Shown here: one piece after another, positions 1 through 8,104 of the stretch | Layout of the letters: the number at the start of each line of letters is the position of its first letter | Numbering within the stretch: the stretch's first letter is position 1 | DNA from: Candidatus Bathyarchaeota archaeon | GTDB taxonomy: Archaea > Thermoproteota > Bathyarchaeia > 40CM-2-53-6 > RBG-13-38-9 | Length of the DNA stretch: 43,254 nt | Assembly: GCA_026394315.1 (NCBI GenBank) | Contig: JAPKYM010000213.1 | Coordinates: forward strand, 1-43,254 | Direction of reading: 5' to 3' | The notes under the pieces: generated by a model | Told to the model about the DNA's origin: nothing | What the model saw: the letters and a program-made list of their open reading frames with translations, nothing else | The model's database searches: none | Program-made: the position numbers and the translations under genes

Positions 1-446
1 TCAGCCGCATATACAGCTAGGGCAGCCTTCATTGTGCCATGTACTCTAGTTCTCAGAGTGAGCATCCTTGTGTCTACACCCTCAATCGCTGGGACATTGG
101 ACTCACGTAGAAACTGATCAAGGTTCTTCTGACTTCGCCAATTGCTTGGCGCTTTGCACAAATTCTTAACGACGAAACCTCTCACTTGTATTCTGTTGCT
201 CTCATAGTCCTCGCTGCATACCCCATAGTTACCGATGAGGGGATAAGTCATCATGAGTATTTGGCCGGCATAGCTAGGATCCGTAAGCGCTTCGACATAT
301 CCCGTCATCGATGTGTTGAAGACAAGTTCGCCTTGAACCAAACCCTCTGAGCCGAATCCTAAACCTTCGACAACGGTACCATCTTCCAATGCCAAAGCGG
401 CCCTTAGTTGTTCACTCTGACTCCGTTCATTCTTTCCGAGGTTAAT
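1..446 (-). CDS. carA: Carbamoyl-phosphate synthase small subunit, N-terminal part (runs off the window start; start codon uncertain)
   Basis: Not in the ORF track. Manual translation gives [18 protein letters not shown]...[37 protein letters not shown], the CarA N-terminal signature. In-frame TGA at 447-449. No in-frame ATG/GTG before the conserved region; ATT at 444-446 lies 6 nt after an SD-like GAGGTGG. Confidence 0.93.
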   Translation of the reverse strand, partial: MNLGKNERSQSEQLRAALALEDGTVVEGLGFGSEGLVQGELVFNTSMTGYVEALTDPSYAGQILMMTYPLIGNYGVCSEDYESNRIQVRGFVVKNLCKAPSNWRSQKNLDQFLRESNVPAIEGVDTRMLTLRTRVHGTMKAALAVYAA

Positions 447-716
447 TCACTGCCACCTCTCTGACCAGGTTCATCCTATCTCCTCTTTGGGAGTTGGATG
501 AATTATTCTCTTGGAAAAGCTTAGCCATCACAGGTAATTTGTCGAAGAATTAAAAGGGTAACGGTCCAAGTCTTAGATACTCAAAGAACTCTGTCTGCTG
601 TAGACCGCCCCTTTTCAACACTAATACAATTCCAAGCCTTTGTTCCATCAAGATCTTCAAACTGGCCAAAAATACTGGAAAGCAATTGCCGTGAAGAGAC
701 ACGGCACGGGTCATCT

Positions 717-846
717 TGGCGCCGGGGGTGGGATTTGAACCCACGTGACCCGTAAGGGTCATCGGCTTTCTGCAGATCTTTAGCAAGCCGACGCCTTACC
801 TGGTTTCCCGATTCAGCGCGCGCTTGAATCTCTAGGCAACCCCGGC
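717..846 (-). tRNA. tRNA-Ser(GCT) with two introns (804-831 at position 15/16; 768-780 at 37/38) and encoded CCA
   Basis: Acceptor stem GCCGGGG/CCCCGGC, discriminator G plus CCA, T-loop GTTCAAATC, long variable arm TGACCC-TTAC-GGGTCA, anticodon arm TCGGC-TT-GCT-A|A-GCCGA. Removing both introns restores the D-arm GCCTAGCCAGGTAAGGC. Confidence 0.92.
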
Positions 847-969
847 ATCTGGCTTGATTAACGCAGAGACCTTTCCATTAAATGAGTCTTTCGTGCCTAC
901 AACTTCTGAATTGAAATCCGGTAGAAAAAGAACTTGCAATATAGGCTTGATAGGAACCTTGTCTACTGC

Positions 970-1407
970 CTAGCGTCGTGGCTTCTCTTTCTTTCCTGAA
1001 AGGAGCGCCTCGAGTGAAACATTGTTGACTTTAAAGACTATAAATCTAATGCCAGGGATATCCCCCATAGCTTTTCCTTGAGCGCCACCTATACCGCAGA
1101 CTTGAACCTCATCATGTTCGTCTATGAAGTTCAGGGCTCCGTCGCCAGGTGTGAATGCAGTTATTACTTTCCCATTCTTTATGAGCTGGACTCTTACGGC
1201 CTTTCTTACAGCACTGTTTGGTTGTCGGCATTCGATCCCCACCTTCTCCAGAACGATTCCTCTTGCCTGCGGTGCGCCCTGCAGAGGGTCAGCTTTGTAA
1301 TCCAGACCGAGCATTCTTCTCTTGTAAGATGCATATTTCCATCTCAGCCCCTTGCGTATTTGCTTGAGCTTTCGTCCAGCCAGAAGGCCCCTAGAAGTCT
1401 TTCCCAT
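970..1407 (-). CDS. rps12: 30S ribosomal protein S12 (uS12)
   Basis: [31 protein letters not shown] and GDIPGIRF motifs. Confidence 0.98.
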   Translation of the reverse strand: MGKTSRGLLAGRKLKQIRKGLRWKYASYKRRMLGLDYKADPLQGAPQARGIVLEKVGIECRQPNSAVRKAVRVQLIKNGKVITAFTPGDGALNFIDEHDEVQVCGIGGAQGKAMGDIPGIRFIVFKVNNVSLEALLSGKKEKPRR

Positions 1408-1458
1408 TTCTCAATCCCGGTTCTACTAGATGTCTTTGCAGCTCAATTCAAGTCTGGA

Positions 1459-1466
1459 TTATAAAA
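1459..1466 (-). promoter_or_regulatory. TATA box for rps12
   Basis: TTTTATAA on the minus strand ~50 nt upstream of the ATG, preceded by a purine-rich BRE-like GGAGAACAG. Confidence 0.55.
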
Positions 1467-1604
1467 ACTGTTCTCCGAAGGCGGCCGGACAGATTTCTGG
1501 CGCGCGCTAGAAGGCTTCTGGTTTTGGATCGAAGAATCCAAATGGTATGAATTGCTTGGAATCTGAGGGATCGAGTTTGCGTGCGACTAGGTGTTCATAT
1601 TTGT

Positions 1605-2522
1605 TTATTTTGTCTTGCCTCTGATAGGTTTCTTCCGCTTGGAACGTATATGCAAAATCAGTATGACTCCGACGACTGCTGCTGAGACCAGAATTGCAGT
1701 CTGAATGATTAGAGTAGGATTTGTGTGATCCCCAACTTCAGGTGATTGCTTGGGACCGTCGTTAGCTGGAGGGGGGACCGTCGATGTGGGCTTTGGCGAT
1801 TGGGTGCTGGTCGAAGGCTCGGAAGTTGGGCTAGATGAAGCGGTTGGTGAAGCTGTGGTTATCGGCTTATACCAATCGACTCTTACTACGAGCTTAGGTT
1901 TCCGTTCGTCAGGCTGCAAAGCCTGTTTCGGATAGTATGAGGCAAGCTGATCTGACGCATTTATCTCGCTCTTGATCTTTATCATTGTGCCGTAGTTATT
2001 CGCGGTTCTCGAATGCCACATCTTCAAGTCACTGGTAATATCCCAACATACCCATGCCTCAATCGGCGTCGGCCTGATTATTGTCGTGGACGTCGGGGCC
2101 TTGACATAAGGTGGTTGTGTTCTCCAAGTCAGTTTGTGTTCATTCCAGTCGGACATAACCCTGTGGGTCTCAAACTCTTGGCTAGTCTTGGGTGGATCAT
2201 ACATGTAAAGACACATGTTTGCCGAGAGTATCTTTGCATCTTGTGGAATGGAGGTTATGTTGAACTTGATGTAAATTCTGGAGTTGCCGTAGAGCTTATA
2301 GGAGTCGTATTCAACGTACATGTTTCCCGCAAAGAGTGCCCATAGGTACCCGTGAGGTTCTTCGGGGTATTTTGTGTGTAGATACATACTATTGACAAAA
2401 GTATCTCCGACTGAAGGTTGAATCACAAGAGTTGATTCTAGAGCTCTGCAGTTAACTGTTTGAACAGTCAACAGAAGAATTCCTAGTATGATCAAGCTTG
2501 TATGTTGCGGTTTCAATTCCAA
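1605..2522 (-). CDS. Secreted, C-terminally anchored DNRLRE/CBM96-like domain protein
   Basis: Signal peptide, DTFVNS...RIYIKFNITSIP...A.MCLY...HRVMSDWNE..LTW..QP pattern, P/S/T linker, C-terminal TM helix and basic tail. Confidence 0.7.
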   Translation of the reverse strand: MELKPQHTSLIILGILLLTVQTVNCRALESTLVIQPSVGDTFVNSMYLHTKYPEEPHGYLWALFAGNMYVEYDSYKLYGNSRIYIKFNITSIPQDAKILSANMCLYMYDPPKTSQEFETHRVMSDWNEHKLTWRTQPPYVKAPTSTTIIRPTPIEAWVCWDITSDLKMWHSRTANNYGTMIKIKSEINASDQLASYYPKQALQPDERKPKLVVRVDWYKPITTASPTASSSPTSEPSTSTQSPKPTSTVPPPANDGPKQSPEVGDHTNPTLIIQTAILVSAAVVGVILILHIRSKRKKPIRGKTK

Positions 2523-2547
2523 TACCCAGATCCTAGGAATCGAACTC

Positions 2548-3459
2548 TCAGTGCATCTCTAACACTTTCTTGAGTGGGATTAGTATCTTGCCGAGCTTTC
2601 CACCATAGTTGCCGGCTGAGATCTTCTTTATTCCAGCAACTGTTGTTGCAGCTTCTATTCCAACTTTCATCGCTCTCTCAACTGACGTCAGGTTCAGTCC
2701 GTTAACGAAGACTTCATAGACACAGTTGACACCAGGAGGAATCTTGCTTTCTCCGACTCTTTCCTTGATTGATGGGCAGAAGGCGTCGTTTGTTGTTGCA
2801 ACGGCATTCTTGTACTTTTTTCCTCCAACCTTGGTTCCTGAGGCAGCTACACCCCCAGCACACGGATCGAATACATATGGCACCTCCCTAATTGCTTCGA
2901 CGGCAATTTCGGCAGCCATAAGTGCTGTTGCTTGCGACTCCCCTAAGATGAGGAAGTTGCCACCTGCGATGCCTCGTGCGACTCCGAACTTGGTCTCGAT
3001 ATAGCAGAAACCGTCCATTCTTGGGATCTTGTAGACAGCGCGCCCATCTCTCTCAACGATCTCTTCGTAGCCATCTCCAAAGATCTGTATAGGAGTATCT
3101 TTGACCTCAGCGTGGTATTGGGCCATCTCCTCGGGCATAGCATCGAAGGCAGATGCTGTAGGGGTTGGAAGCACTCCTTTTCTTATCCTAGCGATAAGCC
3201 AGTAGTTGAGTTCTTTCCTGTCTCTGTGTCCGGCGTCGAGAAGGTAGCCTGGTCTCTTGTCAGGTGATTCTTCAATGGAGATTTCACGCTCTATCCCGGC
3301 TTCCCCTGGTCCCAGCGTTGCTGAGACACCTAGACCCTTCGCTTCCAGTGCTGATGCAAGAGCCCACCTTCTTGTTGATGCTGTAATAATGAACCTTCCA
3401 ATATACATCGGAAAGGCTTCCGCAAAAGTATCTTCTATCTCAACATTGTTCAGCCTCAG
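2548..3459 (-). CDS. ftr: Formylmethanofuran:H4MPT formyltransferase family protein (paralog 1, divergent); probable CTG start at 3459
   Basis: The frame extends upstream of the tracked ORF (3408) as (M)RLNNVEIEDTFAEAF, the Ftr N-terminus. Also EAGIE, GGNFLI, TN..FCP, ISAGNYGGKLG. SD AGGTGA 6 nt before the CTG. Confidence 0.85.
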   Translation of the reverse strand: MRLNNVEIEDTFAEAFPMYIGRFIITASTRRWALASALEAKGLGVSATLGPGEAGIEREISIEESPDKRPGYLLDAGHRDRKELNYWLIARIRKGVLPTPTASAFDAMPEEMAQYHAEVKDTPIQIFGDGYEEIVERDGRAVYKIPRMDGFCYIETKFGVARGIAGGNFLILGESQATALMAAEIAVEAIREVPYVFDPCAGGVAASGTKVGGKKYKNAVATTNDAFCPSIKERVGESKIPPGVNCVYEVFVNGLNLTSVERAMKVGIEAATTVAGIKKISAGNYGGKLGKILIPLKKVLEMH

Positions 3460-3539
3460 ATCTTTTCACCTTAGGTTGGGCCCTCTTTGAGGGCACTGCT
3501 GTGAAGATATAATGGTTAGCTAAGAAAAAGACGATTCAT

Positions 3540-3977
3540 CTACGCTATTATTACATGGTCTATGTGGAAGTATCTCTTCGCGAGAAGTCTCGTCTTGTCT
3601 ATGGTCTTCCCGTTCTTTCCAATCGCGATGGCCTTATCTCGACTCTCCACCTCAACCACTGCAATCTTAGAGTCAGGTTTCTCAGTGATCCTCACGGTTC
3701 TAACCCGAGCTGGGGCCAATGAGTTGCGTATGAGCTGTTCAGGTTCATCAGCAGCCTCTACAACTTCAATCTGTCTACCAGTCATCCTCCTTAGAGTATC
3801 GATGTTTCTTCCAGCCTTGCCTATAGCTAGACCCATCTCTCCCTTTTTTGTGACGAGAATAACACGATCATTCTCTTCGTCTATCAAACAATCTTTTGAA
3901 GTTGCGCCTGTTATGCTCTCAAAGAGAGCTATGAGCCGCATCTCGTCCCCTTTGAGTCTAATCCTTTGTGACTGCAT
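3540..3977 (-). CDS. nusA: Archaeal NusA (KH domains)
   Basis: Two GxxG KH loops (GLAIGKAG, AIAIGKNG); conserved position after rpl30e. Confidence 0.96.
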   Translation of the reverse strand: MQSQRIRLKGDEMRLIALFESITGATSKDCLIDEENDRVILVTKKGEMGLAIGKAGRNIDTLRRMTGRQIEVVEAADEPEQLIRNSLAPARVRTVRITEKPDSKIAVVEVESRDKAIAIGKNGKTIDKTRLLAKRYFHIDHVIIA

Positions 3978-4275
3978 CGTCCTTTTCAGCCAGTCTCAGT
4001 ATCTCTGAGTCCCCAGTTTCTCTAACTGTAATTGCGGCAACTATAAAGGGTTTCCCGCACAAAGTGCCGAGTTCCATACTCGTTCCCTCATAGATGTAGG
4101 TTGGCACTCCAGAGTTCTGAGCGTCCTTCACTATTTGCTCCTTGTCTGGGCAATTAGAAGCCAAGATTATCAGCCCGGCCCTTCCAAGCTTTGCAGCCGC
4201 AGATGCGTTTCGACTTCCAAGGTCTGTCTTTCCAGTCTTCAAGGTTATGGCGATCTGTTTACTGAAGTCTATCAT
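3958..4275 (-). CDS. rpl30e: 50S ribosomal protein L30e
   Basis: KTGK..LG, LIILASNCP, GTSMELGTLCGKPF motifs. Confidence 0.96.
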   Translation of the reverse strand: MIDFSKQIAITLKTGKTDLGSRNASAAAKLGRAGLIILASNCPDKEQIVKDAQNSGVPTYIYEGTSMELGTLCGKPFIVAAITVRETGDSEILRLAEKDDAVTKD

Positions 4276-7200
4276 TTGCTCGCCTCCTCCTCAGGCATGG
4301 ACATGTAGACATCTATTAGGCCAGTCCCCATTGGTATCTGGCGGCCCACTATGACGTTCTCAGCCACGCCTCTGAGCATATCTTTCGTGCCCTTGACCGA
4401 AGCGTCAACTATTGTCGGTATGGTTATCTCGAAGGCTGCCTTAGCCAGTGTAGAAGTTTTCTCTCCACTGATTCCATGCCTTCCAACTTGGAGTACCACG
4501 CCTGAGTTTGTCATCATATCAGCCACTAACATCACGTGCCTTATGTCAACATCGAGACCTTGCTCCTCCAATACTCCAATCGCCTCCTTCATTATTACAT
4601 TCCTTGCTGCCTCGATTCCCAAGACCCCTGCAACCTCATGGACATTATTAGAGACAGTTCTGGTTCTGTCGACCTTCGGTATCTCAAGAGCGTAACCTAG
4701 ACCAGAACCTTCAGTCCTTATGATCCATTCGCCCTTGTCCTCCAAGACCAATGCCTTTCTTACAGATGGGGCACCTTTGATTCTGAATTGTCTAAGACGT
4801 GTTGTGAACCTCTTGAACTGTGGTATCTCCATCTCCTTTGAGGTCACTTCAACATCATACCGGTCTATCTTGACTTGGCAGTTAGGTGGTTTAAGCGCGT
4901 CACGAACTTCTTGGAGAGTTATTCCTCTAATCTTCATAGTATTTGCGTTTAGTTTGGCCATGACCTTCATTCTACCCATGTCTGAAACTACGCTCTCACA
5001 GATATCCTCCAATGTGGTGTACGTAATGGCGTTGGCAACATCCTCTGCATATTCCCTCTTTGTGCGGTGTTTCTTGTCAAGGTATACAGTCATCGTAGGT
5101 GTTGAGGGGATCTTGCGAGCGTCAACTATCTCGATGAGTCTTGGAAGGCCTAATGTTACATTCTGTTCTTTGACCCCTGCGAAGTGGAATGTTCTCAAAG
5201 TCATTTGCGTTCCTGGTTCGCCTATCGATTGTGCTGATACTATTCCGGCGGCCTCTCCTGGTTCGATGAGTGCTCTGACATAACCCTCTATCGTTAGGTC
5301 TATGGCTTGATCCACGGCCTTACGTGTGAGCTTGGCTTCGCTGAGATGTCGCCTCAATTCGGCAACGAGACTTGGGTTGAGTTTGTCTGCAATTGAATTC
5401 ATCTTGGATTCGACGTACTTCTTGCTGGCAGGGGTGCCTTTCTCCGAGAACAATCTAACCCTGTCCACAAGACGCTCAGTGTTCACGGCTTTTCCGTGGT
5501 CGCTCTTGGCTGTATCGACACCATCCTCACCATACCTGAACTGGATTATGTTTCCAGTTGAGTCCCTTACAGTTCCATCATACTCAACCCTAAGGTGTTC
5601 CAACGCGTTGACCAAGCGTCTCTGCATGTAACCGCTTTGTTGAGTCCTGACGGCTGTGTCGACTAGCCCTTCCCTTCCACCGATAGCATGGAAGAAGAAT
5701 TCTATCGGGTTTAGGCCGTCTCTGTATGAAGAGTAAACGAAACCACGTGCCTCTGCTCCCGCGTCGTTAGGCTCAAAGAATGGGAGGGTTCTGTCACGAT
5801 AACCACGAAGAATCCTCTTGCCTCTAATCGATTGCTGACCAAGACAGGCGGTCATTTGACCAATATTCAACATCGACCCCCTAGCACCAGCCCTTGCCAT
5901 TATTATCCCGTTGTTATCTGCCGGGAAGTATTTGTCAGCGTACTCACCAGCGAGGTCTCTAACCTTTGAGAGTTCATTCATTATGTATATCTCCAGACTC
6001 TCATCGAGGGTCTGACCGGCCAGCCTATCAAGGGTTCCCTTCTTGTAGCTCTCAATGAGCTCATCGACTCTTTCCTCCGCCTTCTCTGTCGCTTTCCTAA
6101 TCTTATCCTTGACCTCTTCTGAGACTGCGAGTTCGTCAAAGCCATAGGTGAATCCTTTCAGCATTATGAATCGGTCAAGTAGCTTGGCTATGGAATTCAG
6201 GAATCCTCTTGCCGTTGTTGGTCCATAATCCTTTATTATCGTGTGGAAGAGGCTTTCTGATTTCTCAGCCCCTATTGAATTCTTGTCCACGACTCCCTGC
6301 TTCAACACACCGTCTTTGATCACGATGTAGGAGTCGTGCGGGCACTTCTCCTTCTTACAGACGGGACATTTGAAGACATTACACAGATTAGACTTCGAGG
6401 TGAAGTTCATACCCGCCGGTATGAAGAGGCTGAACACAGCCTTACCGGACCAGAGGGGATTGCTGCCTTTTACATCTGGAGGTGGAAGCTCCCCGGAGTA
6501 ACCTGCTGCAGTGACAAGTCTCCCAACCTGCTCTCTGGTAAGATAAGTTCCTTTGGCTGTCAGGAGAAAAGCTGAGCTTAGAAGATCTCTTATCGCTCCT
6601 ATTATCGGCCCTCCGTACCTTGGGGAGAGTATTTGGTCTTGAACCTGCATTAGTAACCTAGCTTCTGTCCGTGCCTCTTCACCCTGCGGTACGTGTAAGT
6701 TCATTTCATCTCCATCAAAGTCAGCGTTGTATGGCGGACAGACACAGGGATTGAGCCTGAATGTCTTGTGGGGTAGGACTCTGACTGAATGAGCCATAAT
6801 CGACATTCTGTGAAGTGAGGGTTGCCTGTTGAAGAGTACGATGTCACCATCTCTGATGTGTCTTTCAACAACGAAGGTGGGCTGTAAGCCTTCTGCGATG
6901 CTTTCCCTCTCAGGAACGAATTCGAGTCTTATTCTTCTACCGTCAGTCCGTACGATATACAGTGCTCCAGGATATTGATCTGGACCGTTCCTTATGAGCT
7001 GTCTCATCTCTTCAAGATTCCACTCAGTGACTTTCTCGGGGATGGTAAGTCGAGAAGCGAGCTCGATTGGGACTCCAACCTCGTTTATGTCCAAGTTCAG
7101 GTCTGGAGATATCACCGTCCTGGCTGAGAAATCAACGCGTTTACCAGAGAGATTCCCTCTGAACCTTCCTTCTTTGCCTTTTAGTCTTTGACATATTGTC

Positions 7201-8102
7201 TTGAGGGCTCTTCCGGATCTGTGTCTTGCAGGCGGTAAACCTGACACTTCGTTATCAAAATAGGTTGTGACATGATACTGCAGGAGCTCATGGAGCTCTT
7301 GAATTATGTTTATGGGCACACCGGACTCTAGAGCCTCGCCCAGCTTCTGATTTATTCTTATTATGTCAACGAGTTTGTGTGTCAAGTCGTCTTCGGATCT
7401 AATTCCTGACTCAAGGGTTATTGACGGTCTTACACTAACTGGTGGTACTGGGAGCACTTGGAGGATCATCCATTCCGGCCTTGCAGCTTGGGAATCTATC
7501 CCTAACAGTTTGAGGTCATCGTCAGAAATCCGCTCCAATCGTTCCCTTATTGCGCTCGGAGGGATCTTGGGCGCTCCACCCTCTACGGCCTCATGGAATG
7601 ACGTTGGCTTGACAAGTTCTATTGGGTACTGTTGAGTGCCACAATGAGGACATTCCATCGTCTTCTTTGCATGTTTGAGTATCTTCTTGTAGAGCGATTC
7701 TGGCACTGTGTTCAGTCGAGTCTTGACATCTTTTATCGTCTCTTCGTATTCCTTGATCTTGTCGTCTGAAAGCAAGATCCTGCCACAGTTTCTGCATATA
7801 ACCGATAGTAGACGATGAAGTAGCTTCACAAATGATACATGAATGACGGGTTCCGCAAGTTCTATGTGGCCGAAGTGTCCTGGACATGACATAGCGGTGT
7901 TGCCGCAGGTTCTGCACTTCTGTCTAGGCTCAAGAGTGCCTAACCGTCCGTCCATGAGGCCTGCTACTATTGGCACTCCATCTTCATCGTAAGTGTCCGC
8001 TGTCTGTATTTCTACTGTTGAGAGCTTCCTTATCTCATTAGGCGAGAGTAGGGAGAACTTTATACTGTCTACGATCTTATAGGTCTCTTCAGCGGCAGCC
8101 AT
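4272..8102 (-). CDS. rpoA: RNA polymerase subunit Rpo1 (A'+A'' fused); true start ATG at 8102
   Basis: YNADFDGDEMN catalytic motif, CPGHFGH zinc site, and the A''-type SIGEPGTQMTLRTFH in the same ORF. The first 43 aa of the tracked ORF overlap rpoB. Confidence 0.98.
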   Translation of the reverse strand: MAAAEETYKIVDSIKFSLLSPNEIRKLSTVEIQTADTYDEDGVPIVAGLMDGRLGTLEPRQKCRTCGNTAMSCPGHFGHIELAEPVIHVSFVKLLHRLLSVICRNCGRILLSDDKIKEYEETIKDVKTRLNTVPESLYKKILKHAKKTMECPHCGTQQYPIELVKPTSFHEAVEGGAPKIPPSAIRERLERISDDDLKLLGIDSQAARPEWMILQVLPVPPVSVRPSITLESGIRSEDDLTHKLVDIIRINQKLGEALESGVPINIIQELHELLQYHVTTYFDNEVSGLPPARHRSGRALKTICQRLKGKEGRFRGNLSGKRVDFSARTVISPDLNLDINEVGVPIELASRLTIPEKVTEWNLEEMRQLIRNGPDQYPGALYIVRTDGRRIRLEFVPERESIAEGLQPTFVVERHIRDGDIVLFNRQPSLHRMSIMAHSVRVLPHKTFRLNPCVCPPYNADFDGDEMNLHVPQGEEARTEARLLMQVQDQILSPRYGGPIIGAIRDLLSSAFLLTAKGTYLTREQVGRLVTAAGYSGELPPPDVKGSNPLWSGKAVFSLFIPAGMNFTSKSNLCNVFKCPVCKKEKCPHDSYIVIKDGVLKQGVVDKNSIGAEKSESLFHTIIKDYGPTTARGFLNSIAKLLDRFIMLKGFTYGFDELAVSEEVKDKIRKATEKAEERVDELIESYKKGTLDRLAGQTLDESLEIYIMNELSKVRDLAGEYADKYFPADNNGIIMARAGARGSMLNIGQMTACLGQQSIRGKRILRGYRDRTLPFFEPNDAGAEARGFVYSSYRDGLNPIEFFFHAIGGREGLVDTAVRTQQSGYMQRRLVNALEHLRVEYDGTVRDSTGNIIQFRYGEDGVDTAKSDHGKAVNTERLVDRVRLFSEKGTPASKKYVESKMNSIADKLNPSLVAELRRHLSEAKLTRKAVDQAIDLTIEGYVRALIEPGEAAGIVSAQSIGEPGTQMTLRTFHFAGVKEQNVTLGLPRLIEIVDARKIPSTPTMTVYLDKKHRTKREYAEDVANAITYTTLEDICESVVSDMGRMKVMAKLNANTMKIRGITLQEVRDALKPPNCQVKIDRYDVEVTSKEMEIPQFKRFTTRLRQFRIKGAPSVRKALVLEDKGEWIIRTEGSGLGYALEIPKVDRTRTVSNNVHEVAGVLGIEAARNVIMKEAIGVLEEQGLDVDIRHVMLVADMMTNSGVVLQVGRHGISGEKTSTLAKAAFEITIPTIVDASVKGTKDMLRGVAENVIVGRQIPMGTGLIDVYMSMPEEEASK

Positions 8103-8104
8103 CC

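Noticed and set aside
550..786. 78-aa ORF
   Set aside because: Overlaps the tRNA-Ser gene; no protein features.
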